A stretch of DNA of 62,604 bases, from IMG/VR virus record IMGVR_UViG_3300043108_000047, positions 62,001-124,604 of that record; one strand, given 5' to 3'. This DNA comes from an uncultured virus (IMG/VR IMGVR_UViG_3300043108_000047) (taxonomy: Duplodnaviria; Heunggongvirae; Uroviricota; Caudoviricetes). Shown piece by piece: positions 51,305 to 62,604 of the stretch. Numbering within the stretch: the stretch's first letter is position 1; each line of letters opens with the position of its first letter. The translations under genes and the position numbers were made by a program. The notes beneath the pieces are model-generated. The model worked only from the letters and a program-made list of their open reading frames with translations, was not told where the DNA came from and searched no databases.

Positions 51305-51477
51305 TTCTTTATAAAATAAAATGTGTCTGCATCAGGATCTATCGAATTGTATTCATCTTCAGAAATAACTACAAATTTCTTATTTAATGAAGTAGTAAGT
51401 TCGTCTGTAGTTACATATTCCTCAAAATTCTAAACATTCACTAGTGTAATCTATCCTTTTAAACAATCTTCTGCCAT
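51301..51477 (-). CDS. Small tail-module protein (58 aa)
   Basis: MAEDCLKG(Q)ITLV...VVISEDEYNSIDPDADTFYFIKK, an upper-tail-fibre-like ending. Confidence 0.65.
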
Positions 51478-51478
51478 A

Positions 51479-51943
51479 TTAGCTTTCTATTGGTTTTACA
51501 TAGCATATAAACTATGCTTTCTTCTAAATTTCATCTGCCGTTACCACAACAGATTTAGTATTGTTATGTTCACTCTAGTTATTCCAAATTGTATCTCCCT
51601 CTGTATCCTTAGATACCCTTTCCCATCTAAAACAAGTTATAGGTAAAGAATCTGTAATATCTTCTCCAAGTGAATATACTGCTGCATAGATAGTTACTTC
51701 CTCGTCTGGATATACTAGGAAATTACCTACATCAGTATATAATTGAACTTGTAAATTAGATCCAAAACTTTTCAGATTATCAACAGAATTTGTTAAATCG
51801 TCAATAGAATCAGACAGAGCCTAGTTTATCTCTGTCTGATTCATATTCATAGTTTCGTCTATTACATTATCGGTATCTACTGTTTTTCCAGATAAAGTTT
51901 GAGATACTAATTCCCCATAAACTTTTATCTCTTTAGATGCCAT
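51479..51943 (-). CDS. Tail-module protein (154 aa)
   Basis: MASKEIKVYGELVS...FRWERVSKDTEGDTIWNN...FICYV, open with TAG=Gln. Confidence 0.7.
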
Positions 51944-51945
51944 AT

Positions 51946-53898
51946 TTATTTCTTTATTGCTTTAATAACGAATACATCTGAACCAGCTCTAAATTGATCA
52001 GTTCTCCATACTATGTACCCATCTTTTGTTTCATCGTCTGCTATTTCTTTAGGCACTACAAATCCATTTGCAGTAACACTGGTTTCACTAGACAAATCAA
52101 TATTTTCACTTACTATAAAATAAACCCTATCTCCGTAATTATAAGTAACATTCTTATTGCCATCAATATCATCATTCTTATAAGTAACCCCATTAGTTAG
52201 GGCTTCTTCTAAATCCTATCCGTTTCCGATAATCATTATATAATTTTGAACTACTGCAGTCACAGGTATAACTATTTTTCTAGTATATATTACTCCATTA
52301 GTTGTAATAGTTGCTATAAAAGTATAATCCCCTGTTATATTAGGATTAACAGTTACAGTATTAGTAGTTTTTATTCCAGAAGCATTATTCTGTTTAACTA
52401 AAACAGAAGAGTTGTTATTAAGAATTCCGGTAATATCTAATGCTGTAATATTTGAAACACCATCTATAGTTAAAGTAACTGTATTATCCTAATTTAAAAT
52501 TAAATTATCAGTGTCCGCAGTAAATAGAATATCTCCAGAAGCAATACTGCTTAACTATTGAGTTTTAGTAACAGTTTGTAAACTATTTCCTAATGTAGCA
52601 GATATTTTGAGACTATAAAATCCAGAAACAGTATTAGTAGGAATAAATTGAATATGTTCTATACAAGAATTACTATCTACAGTATAACTTTCAGATGTAA
52701 TTTCGACATTATCTTTACCAATAATAGATATGGTTAAATATTTAATATTGAAGTCACTATCTACAGAAATTGATCTAATATTAGTTTCTCCTATAACAAT
52801 AGGTTGTGCTGTATCCGGATTTACAGTATAAGTAAAGTCTACGTTTTCTCTAATAATTGCTGGTATACTTATAGATTTACTAACTTCTATATTATCTATA
52901 TTTGCAGTAGCTATAATAATAACATCTCCAACTTCTTGAGGAGTTAAATTAAAAGTACCAGAATATCCATTATTAGCAATAGTAGAATATAGAATACTTT
53001 GGGTATCCCCATAATCTGCAACAATAGTTAATGGATTAGCCTAACCAGTAAACTTGACAATTATCTAAGTACTGTTGCTTTCGTCTACATATAAACTAGA
53101 AGGATCTACTAAGATATTTAAAGAAGGTTTCTATTTAACTGTTAATAATAAATTTCTAGTATATACACTATTACCTATCGATACCTATACTTTAACAGAA
53201 TATTCAGAAGCATCAGCATCTGGTTTTATAAATATATTTCCAGTAAAAGTAGTACCATAAACACTACCTTTATACAAAGTGGTATTGTTCTCTCCAGTAA
53301 TTGTAATATATTGCATAACCTAATTGGAATCCACACTTACAGCAATTGTATTATATTCATCAGCTATAAGTATTCCATTATCTACGTCAACATTAATTAT
53401 TGGAACTTCCGTATTGTCTTTTATAATTAAATTTACAGTTTTACTAATAATAGATCCATTAATAGAAGCTTCTACTAATATAGTGTATGTCCCATGTTCT
53501 GTAGGTGTAATATACACATTATTATTGTAATAATCAATATTTTGTACCTAATCTAATAATATCTATTCTAGAGAATTCTGTTTTCCGTATATTCTAATAT
53601 AGGAAGCTGTTGCTGAAGTATTTACAGTAATTAAAATGTTACCTTCTTTGTTTTCCTATAATGTACCATCAGCAGAAATAACTAATGTTGGGAATTCTGA
53701 ATCAGGCTATTTATAATAGATAAGACGACTACCATATAGAACATCTAAACAACATATATCATCTAAAATGTCATCGTAATCTTCTTTATATCCTTTATAT
53801 AAGCGTTTTATAAATTCCTTGTATTCTTGGATAATTTTATCTTCCACATCCACATCCTCCTTTTTTATTAGTAGATTCGGTATTACTGCAGAATCCAT
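51946..53898 (-). CDS. Ig-like repeat structural protein (~635-650 aa; alternative GTG start at 53853)
   Basis: Joins ORFs 53707 and 53320. Thr/Val/Ile-rich beta-strand repeats. TAA at 51946. Confidence 0.7.
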
Positions 53899-54568
53899 TA
53901 CATCCAGTTATTTCTTCTAGTACCTATTCAGCACTTTCGTAATCTTCTTTATCTAAATAGTATTTAATTACATTAATAGCCATCCATACTACATCCCTAT
54001 TAAATTTAGCATCGTCTGATAAAGTAGAACATTTTGAAAGTTTACTTGATAAGATTTCTTTACAATAATTTATATAACATTCCCATAAAAAGCAAATTGA
54101 AAATACTTCTTTGGAAATTATATTTATATTTGTATTAGAAGGATTACGCAATAATTCATCAATTTCAACTGTTACCCAATTTTCATCATTATTCATTTTT
54201 AAAATAGAATTCCCATCTATAGCATATATTGTATCATAGTATTCTAGAATAGAATCATCTGATGCTATTATTTTATCAATACATTCTTTAGTTGGTAATA
54301 CTATATAATAAACAATATGATAACCATCATGCGTAAAGGTATATTTTAAATCGTCCGATTCTTTATTATGGTCTATTATATAACTATCTACTATCTTTGA
54401 TTCTTGTAATTTATTTAGTTCTATTATAGTAACAGCAGCAGTATCTTTATATTTAAATTGATTGTAAGGCTATATAGTAGAACTATCTTCTAAATAAAAT
54501 TCCTTAGGAGCTCCTGTTAGAGTAATTGAACATGTGTTATTCTAATATATACTAAATGTTAAACTCAT
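53837..54568 (-). CDS. Hypothetical protein (243 aa) with a Cys/Gly-rich C-terminus
   Basis: ATG overlaps the portal TGA. Extends ORF 53924 and ends GCNGFC...GGCGCGR. Confidence 0.75.
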
Positions 54569-56751
54569 AAATCAACTTGTCTTAATTTATCATTATATGG
54601 ATTTCCATCATGCAATTGCAAGATTTCAACCTGTGTTCTACGTTTAGCTTCATCAATCATAGCCTCTTTATATTGTCTATCGGTTTGTGCTTTATACCAC
54701 TCAACCTTATTCTCCATTTGTAATTTCTGAGATTCTAATTGTAATTTTTCTTGGTTGAGTTGTTCAATTTTATTTTGGGCTTTTGAAAGTTGTGATTGAG
54801 CTTGTTTCATCTATTGAGTAAGTTCCTCAATCTATTTCTACTATTGCTATAATTGATTATTTTCATCTTTTTGTTTTTGCATTGCTTTCTTAACAAGCAA
54901 TTTAATATCAGTAATACTTTTACAAGTTAAAGCTTCAAATATAACATCTGGAGCCATAGATCCATTTTTAATAAAGTCTGGAAGAATAGATTTAATATAT
55001 TCCAAATCCTTTATTACATCGCTACTCGTAGTAATTCGTATATCATGATCCGTTACTGTAAAGTATTCGGGTAATGCTGTAAATACTTTTTGATACTTTT
55101 CTCCTAATATTAAAGTTCCAGTTAAACCCTTCTTCCAAACAACTTTGGCAAGATTTAAACAATCTAGAAGCATTTCATTTACAATTAAATCCATCTAATG
55201 ATAATATTGTTTAGTAATTATAAATGAATTATTCTATCCTATTTTAACATTAGTTACAGCATCTTTTTGTTCAATTCCATTTAATCGTTCTCTAAATACT
55301 CCAGTAATAGAAGAAGCCACTTGTTCCACTTGGTCTATTGCTAATTGTATAGCTTGAATAGCCTATACTTTTACAGTATCATCATAACCATTAAATATAG
55401 TATTAATAGGAGCTTGCCCAGAACCTAATCTACCTTCCTAAGAAGTATCAATCGGCGCGATACCAGTCTTTTTATATGCTATATATTTTTCCAGCTTTTC
55501 GGCTGTATCATGTCCTAAGAAATTAGGAAGCATAGAGACATCAATAAAATCACCAATAGAGCCACTATTAGCAATTAAATTATCTCTATAGAAATGTAAT
55601 ATATCGTATTTATCCTATAAATGAGTGCAAGCTAAAACTAAAGAATATGGTTCCGATCCTCTATTTAAAAAATATACTCCATTAACCGATAAACCACAAT
55701 AAGAAGGATTAGACCGACTTCTTGTTACTTTCTCGTTTTTACCTTTTAAAATATAGACACTTTCCCCAATTCTAATGGTTTCATAACGCTGCATCACAAA
55801 GTCTTCATCAGTTTCAATCCATTCTACTTCATATACAGGAATAAGATCATGATACTTTCCAGAAGTATTTGATGGATAACCTGGCACAATTAATTCTTTT
55901 CCAGCTTTGATACCATCAGTAGAGGGGATTCCATGATTTGCTACATTTCTAACATAGTAAGTAGCTTCATCATAAACGGTTTCCCACTTATCTTTAATAA
56001 GTTCTATATCTTCTTTTGATAACTCCCTACCATAGAGATTTAAAATCTATGTTTTATTCATCCACTTTCTCACCACAACTCTGTATGAATTCTTAATATA
56101 AGGAGATTCAAAATTTCTATCTGGGAAAACATTTAAGGGACTAAGTGCCTCAATTCTAACATTGTTATTTTCTACAGTAGGTATTACTCTATAAAAAGTA
56201 TAACCTGTAATTAAAAGATCAAGCAATAAATCTCTAAGAACTGTAAGCATATCAGTATCACGAGATTGCATTATATATTCTATTACATTCTAAGAAGCAA
56301 TTTCATACTCGGAAATAAAATTAGTGTTTATATCTTCCACTATTCTATTTAAGTTTTGTTCAATTAGAGTGTCTGTAGTATCTTTACCGTTTTTAAAATT
56401 GAGAATATCATTTTTTAAACGGTTATATAGATAAGTATGAAGCTCCTGTAAAATCTTTAATTGCTTGTCTCTTTCAATATTATTTAATGTCTCAGAATCT
56501 TTACAGTAAACCTTTGGAATGATTGGGGTTCCAAGATACTCTCCAATTAAAGCATCTATGTGCTTTTTAATTAATGGAGTAAATTCTAATGATGTAGGAT
56601 TTCCTATCCCATAATTATCTTCTAAATATCTAAACTATTCTTCATCTCGTACCCCATTATAGTAATTGTAAGCCTTCTACAAATCCCATTTAGGATAAAC
56701 AAGTTCAGTTATTGCTTTGTCCGTTTTATCAATTAATTCGTCATTTGTCAT
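54565..56751 (-). CDS. Portal protein (~728 aa)
   Basis: KAYNYYNG...PLIKKHIDALIGEY, ITGVFRERLNGIEQ and a C-terminal coiled coil. Joins four track ORFs. Lies downstream of terL. Confidence 0.88.
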
Positions 56752-57052
56752 TACAACTACATGAATTACTTATATTTTGGTTACATAAATCTTCTGGGTC
56801 ATATTTGTATCCTGTAAAATAAGATACAAATTCAAAATGTCGCTCTCTTAGTTCCTTTTTGATAAATTTAATAAAATGCTGAGCATCCATTTCCGCAGAT
56901 ATAGCTATCGGATGTTCAGGTTTATTAAACCACATCAGTAACTAGTATCCTTTAGGTAATTTATTCACTTTTAATTTACCCACATACTCCTTATGATAAA
57001 TATCCCTAACGGCTTCTAGGATCGCTTGTTCTATGGACAGCGTAGTCATCAT
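56741..57052 (-). CDS. Small hypothetical protein (~103 aa) between terL and portal
   Basis: Extends ORF 56741..56935 upstream through one TAG. Confidence 0.7.
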
Positions 57053-60000
57053 ATTCATTAAATTTATTAGTTACTAGTATCTGCTATCTATTTCTAGGGA
57101 TTCTTCCCCTTCTTTTATAGCCATTTTCATCAATATAATATCCAATATCATACCATTCTTCTTGTTCCTTTTCTACTTGCTTTGGAGTAGTACCAGTTAA
57201 TTCTTCGTCGGCAAGTTCTGCCATACCTAAAGCTGCTACAATATCGAACTTACGTTTATTCTAATCATTATAACGATTAAGTTCATCAAGTATTTCTGGG
57301 AACCATATAGTATGGCAATAATCATTAACAAAGTCTGCAATTAAGTCAGTTTGATGTGCAATAATTGCCTATGTTGCAGGAGTACCATATTGATTAGATT
57401 TTCCTCGAGCTATATCAGTTAAAGTAGCTCTAGGACGTTTAATAAAATAAGATAAATATTTATGATCTCTAGCCCAATTGACTAGGCTCATTCTAGTTGC
57501 TTCAATGTTAATTACTGCATTATAATACTAAGCTAATTTAATAGCTGTCTTATAAGCATCTCGTATATCGTTTGGTCTATCCTTATATATAGCCACGTAT
57601 TGAGGATCCTACAAACCATATACTCTTTTCTTAACAACTAAACAGAAATCAGATGGATCTTTAGTATATTCAGAAGTTTGACTCGCGCCAATATCAATAC
57701 CGTCAATACCTATTACATATAAACCTCTCATTTCTGATACTTTCTATCTTATTACTTCTCCTGTTTCTGGATCTGTTTCAGCTTCCAGAGTCCATAAAGG
57801 ATGTTCTAATATTTTTATTTTTCCAGCGGGATTGGGTTTCCACTAGAATCCAGTTATATTTTCTTGTATATGCTAACCTTCCTTAAAGATGTATTCAAGA
57901 TTTCCAGTTTCAATCTTGGGGCCTCTTTTAAGAATACTAACTTGTGTTATTTGTTCTGCTATATTTACTTTATTAAATTTATTATCACCTTCCTAAGAGA
58001 ATCCCTCTTCAGCAGTATAGCAATACTCAGCAGCATAAATAACCAATGCTTTTGGATCATTAGCTAGTTTTGCTCTTTCATTATCATAATATTCCCGTCC
58101 TTTTTCTGGATTAGTATAACCTCTGCTATCCATATAACCTTCCACATTTACAATAGTGAAAGCAGGAATAAAATATCCAGTTAAAGCATATTCTCCAGTA
58201 GTTGTATAGTTATGTTTAAAGGGCAATACATCATATCCTAAAGGTTTTTCATAGATAGTTCTAAGTCCTTCTAAAGCCGGGCCGGAGTCTCCCAAATTTG
58301 TTATCGTATAGCTTTTTATCTATACTTCTTACATTTCATTTCATGTAAGTTCGGCGTACTTTTTCACCCGTTCTGGGTGTCGAACACTCTTGGAGAAATT
58401 ATATTTATTCATTCTCTACGCTCTACAGTGATTCCGAACCTTTCGTAATTTCGGAATTTACCTCGGAATTAGCATCCCAGCTTTCTCCGATTTTGCTCGA
58501 TTTTCTCAAAGAAGATCCCTCTTCTAAGCGGCAGAATTCAAGATATTTATCTACCGGTGCCTCCTATAATCTTAATCCCGAACTTCTAACCTTGGATAGA
58601 CACTAAAGCATCTCCTTGGATAAAAGCTTTAGTTGAATTTGGCCAACTGTTGTGACATACTGTAAAATCTTCTAATAGGAATAATTGATTTCCATCTAAG
58701 GAAAATCCATAATATTCACCTATACTATATTTTTCTATTTTAAAAGTACATGCTAAACGATCTCTAGAGGATTTATATTTTTCAGAACGTTCTTCAGTTT
58801 GCTTTCTTGCAATTTTTGTAGGAATTTCACTATGTCCATATAAAATTTTTAAACGATACTGTTTAACTCCTCCTTTGATAGTTTTTCCATTTATAATACG
58901 CTATTTAGATATTCTAACATCTGTAGATACTCGCATACCTAACATTCTGCAAATAAAAGTAGCTTTTTCAATTATTTGTTTATGCTCTTCATATTGAGTA
59001 ATCTATACTTCATGTTTACCTGGATTATAAGTGCCGTCTGAATCTATTAATCCAGCTAATAATTGTAATAAAATTTCTCTGCTATTATAAATATAGCAAT
59101 CTGGAATATATTTATTATCCCATACTCCTAATTCTTTTAGCTTTATTCTAAGCCAATTATTAGAGCCTTCTTTTCCAGAAAACCTAATATGTTTACATCC
59201 AATACTATTATCACAATCTCTAAATGATACATTTAAATTATTATTTTCTGCAAATTTCTACAAAAAATTTAATATTTCAGAATCTTTGGATGTAAATTTA
59301 GTATCAGCGCTATGACCATCTCCCAACCAAAATCCAAATAAATAAGGGTCTATAGGAACATCCTAATGTTTAAAAGTTATTTTATTAGCTTTAATAAGCT
59401 TATAATTATCTTTTCTTCTAGGATATTTCTATATCATTTCGTAGTAATCTTTTGCTTTTATTTCAAAATCCTAATAGGTATTCTTTGAATAATCTCTATA
59501 TTTACCATATATAATATGATTACTATTAACTATTTGTTCCTACCCATTATTTGGAATTAATTTAAACATCTAATCAATTCCAGAATGTAATTCAATTACA
59601 TTTCTAGGAGTACCGTCGTTTCCCATTAAAATATCTCCGATACGAATATCCTCTACTTTTTTAATAGATCCATCGTACATAATTACTTTAGTTCCAGGAG
59701 CATGGCATCCGCCCTCCTCATAGATAAGCAAATCAGTACGATCGCCACGAATTTTATTAGGTTTGTCAGCAATTATTCCCTGTATCTATGACAACCATCC
59801 AGATTCTACTTTCTGTCCATTAATTAATTTATAGTAAGAAGCCTTCTTTAAATACTAAGTATCACTAACCTATCTTAATTTAAAGAAACCTCCATTAGTA
59901 TGATCATTTAGAAAGTTTAAAGCTTTCCAAACCTTATCAAGAGTTTTAATTACATAATTATCCTAATAGGCTGCTATCACATTAACAGAATTTCTACGAC

Positions 60001-61488
60001 AATTATAACTATTAGCAGCAATTGACGCATCCATCTCCGAAAACAATTTTGTTATCCTATAGGCTTTTTATCCTATAGTTCTTATAGTTTCCTATAAGTT
60101 CAGCGTACATTTTCATTCTAACTAGAATGTTCCATACTCTTGGGAGGATTATTACTCTCTTTAGCGTTTTGAGTAGTATCCTACAACATTTGTTGCTATG
60201 TTATATTCTAACAAGTAATATATTCAAATTTATATCCTTTATAAATATCTTTTCCGTATGTTTTATTCAATGCTCTATGAATATAAGATTTATTACAATT
60301 AAAATATCTAGCACATTCAGAAAGACTTTCAAAAACTTCGATTATAGAAGAATCATTTAAATTAGTTGCTTTAATAGGTTTTTGAGTTTGAATTAATTTA
60401 GTATTATAAGCATGATTAGTATTTTCTGATTCAGTAACCCATTCTAAGTTATCTACATTATTATTATGTTTATTTCCATCCTTATGATTTACATAAGGTT
60501 TGTTATCCGGATTTTCTATAAAATATTTTGCAACTAATCTATGAATTCTATATTGTTTTCTATATCCTTTATTACCTCTAGTATTAGATACATTATGTAA
60601 TGTTACAAATAAATATCCTTTATCTTGTGGGGATAATATTTTTTTTGTATTTACATTCATTACATTTCCATAATTGGAAATAGCATAATTTTTATTAAAA
60701 TCAAGTATTATAAATTTTTCTTTAGCCATACTTAAAAATAGTTTACTAATTAATTATTAAATTGTTAGGTTCAATATACCTACGCGTTACGGTGATTAAT
60801 ATTATTACATATTAATTTACCTCGGTGTCAACATAATAAATTACCTTAGTCTTCACCGATTTTACGGAATTTATAGTCGGCCTTTCTTTAGTTGACCGAC
60901 TCCACGAGCTTTAAATAATGCTGCATTCTTTTTAAGTCGCTTACACATTTCTAAATAGTGAAAGAATTCATACTAAGCAACAAAGAATCTTGGAAAATCA
61001 TAAAGACGACCTTCGCCAGCTTTTTTGGGGCTAGTCAAATCCATTAATTGATAGTAATTTAAAAAGAAGTAATGATCTCCAGTAATAGTATAACCATTAA
61101 CAGTTAATCCTTCTCTACAATTAATATATTCCTATGTCCAAAAATCAGCATAAGCTTTAGTATTAGGTCTAAATTCACAATAGTTTCCAGTTCTTATAAA
61201 AGTGTCTCGTGCTGTTGTAAACCAATCTGGATTAAAATCTAAACCCTAAGTATCAGTGATAGGTTTATAACCAGTTAGTTCATATGATAATGTAGAATCA
61301 AAGAACTCTATGGAATCCTTCAATTCTACATCCCATTTTCTATTCATGTCAAGACTTTTCTTAGCCTCTTCAATGACCTCTTGAAATTCGTGCTGTTCCT
61401 TTTCTTTAACTTCTTCAACAATTTTCTAAATTTCGTCTGGAAGCTAAGTTTTACGTGGTCTTCCTCGTTTTCTTTTAGTTGTCTCCAT
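56991..61488 (-). CDS. terL: Terminase large subunit (~775 aa mature); exons 61488-60895, 60043-58553 (includes the intein) and 58292-56991
   Basis: Walker A KARGVG|FSE, Walker B LLIYEEGG|S, GGTG|GDSG and nuclease YVIGIDGID are all reconstituted at the junctions. Confidence 0.92.
58293..58552 (-). mobile_element. ORF-less group I intron (260 nt) in terL
   Basis: The exon ends CGGU and pairs with GCCG. P7-like GCGUA/UACGC. The 3' end GAUAACAAAUUUG resembles that of the other terL intron. Removal restores GGTGGD. Confidence 0.85.
58649..59707 (-). mobile_element. Intein with a LAGLIDADG homing endonuclease (353 aa) in TerL
   Basis: Begins CHAPGTKVIMYDG and ends EDFTVCHN|S. Internal motifs YFGFWLGDG and LLAGLIDSDG. 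Confidence 0.93.
60044..60894 (-). mobile_element. Group I intron (851 nt) in terL carrying an HNH endonuclease
   Basis: The exon end GUCGGU pairs with intronic GCCGAC. P7-like GCGUA/UACGC. Terminal G. Removal restores Walker A. Confidence 0.9.
60208..60729 (-). CDS. Intron-encoded HNH homing endonuclease (NUMOD4/HNH type, 173 aa)
   Basis: YAISNYGNV, IHRLVAKYFI, VNHKDGNKHNNNVDNLEWVT. Confidence 0.92.
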   Translation of the reverse strand: MAKEKFIILDFNKNYAISNYGNVMNVNTKKILSPQDKGYLFVTLHNVSNTRGNKGYRKQYRIHRLVAKYFIENPDNKPYVNHKDGNKHNNNVDNLEWVTESENTNHAYNTKLIQTQKPIKATNLNDSSIIEVFESLSECARYFNCNKSYIHRALNKTYGKDIYKGYKFEYITC

Positions 61489-61493
61489 AATAA

Positions 61494-62081
61494 TTAAAGA
61501 TTAGGTAAAAATCCGTCTGTAGCACCTCCTCTAATATTAGTCTATTCCATCATTTCTTTCTTTACTTGTCCTTCAAGTGTTTTAAGTTCTTCATTCACTT
61601 TGGACAAAGAAGAAATTTCAGAAATAATATCTTTTACTTTAAATATCGGTTTTCCTGACTAATCACGATCGGATAAATCAACAATAGTATTAAAATAATC
61701 TATAAAATTGTCAACAGTATTCTATGCAGCTTGTAACATTCTAATAGATCTATTTGATTCTTGCAATTCTCGATATTTTCTGCAGGCAGCTCTAAATTCT
61801 GGATTATTAAATTCTTCTTCTGTTATTCTTGAGTCTTTAAGAGCTTCTTGATGTCGTTCTTGTTCTGCGTAATCACTATATGGACTTTTCCAATCTATAG
61901 CTAACCATATATAAGTAAACTCTCTAAAAGCTCTCAATCCTTGCACTCCCTTAGGATCTTCTTTACATATATTCCGTTCATGTTCCATTAGAGCAGAGAA
62001 CTCTCTAACTAAGAGAATCTCAGGCATGTTCAGTTCAATCCTATTGTGCATATTATCATATTGGAATATATTTTGTATCAT
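61494..62081 (-). CDS. Conserved protein upstream of terL (195 aa), candidate small terminase
   Basis: ORF 61722 extends through three TAGs to TAA at 61494. The function is inferred from position. Confidence 0.7.
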
Positions 62082-62085
62082 ATTA

Positions 62086-62604
62086 TTATTTACCGTTTAA
62101 CGCATTTCTTCTAGCTTTCTCCACTTCTTTATTATCAGGAGCCGGAGCAGTTCTTCTAACCTGTTTATAGAAATTAGCTTTTGCTTTAGCCTAATTTTTA
62201 GCTTTCTTAGCTACAGGTTGCATTGCACCACCCCCAAAGGTATCATAATCCTCTGGATAATTAAAGTAAAGAGTATCATTTCTTGTAGGTGTTACATATA
62301 TCATACGTCCAGCTAAAATATTGGGCCAATCATACATATAGTTTCCTTGACCATCATTTGGATTTGCCACAATATCTGTTATATACTGGTATCCGTTTCC
62401 TAAATTACCTACCTATCTACGAAACTCCATAGGATACTTATTAGGTACTTTTACACCATTATCAGCTTTAATCAAATCTTTTTTTTTGACACTCATACCG
62501 CAAGCAGCCTTCTTCATTTTACGACCGCAACGAAAAGCGTCAACAGGATTTTTAGGAGTTTCTTCTGCCTAAACTTTCTTCATACACTTCTTACATAAGG
62601 TACC
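62086..62604 (-). CDS. 3' part of a hypothetical protein
   Basis: Open from the window edge (GTLCKKCMKK...) to TAA at 62086 with TAG=Gln. Confidence 0.65.

Noticed and set aside
5196..60360. Plus-strand ORFs and off-frame minus-strand ORFs in the track
   Set aside because: They are shadows of longer code-15 genes and carry no recognisable motifs.
245..62081. Fragmented ORFs as pseudogenes or sequencing errors
   Set aside because: The breaks are TAG codons in a constant frame with no frameshifts, and they occur in essential genes.
1..62604. Suppressor tRNA, other tRNAs or a CRISPR array
   Set aside because: The intergenic gaps are short and I saw no cloverleaf or repeat-spacer pattern.

Overview
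This is the late (structural) region of a crAss-like (Crassvirales) Bacteroidetes phage. Every gene lies on the minus strand. The fragmented ORF track is an artefact of stop-codon reassignment: TAG is read as Gln (genetic code 15). Reading through TAG joins the fragments into about 40 abutting genes that end in TAA or TGA. In transcription order (high to low coordinates) they are: a possible small terminase, the large terminase, portal, a tail/fibre module, endolysin, a scaffold-like protein, the major capsid protein, ring/tail proteins, two tail-stabilisation/muzzle proteins, and putative cargo/ejection proteins. The large terminase is split by two group I introns and one LAGLIDADG intein. 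The major capsid gene is split by two group I introns, each carrying a GIY-YIG endonuclease. Highlights: a 3115-aa protein combining hydrophobic segments with a full SF1-helicase motif set; a 1675-aa tail-module protein with a CotH-like kinase domain; a ~6-kb TAG-free tail-fibre/BACON block that looks recently imported and appears to truncate a resident gene; and a recurrent K[FY]QxGG motif in the cargo proteins. All translations and family assignments were made by eye; no database searches were run.
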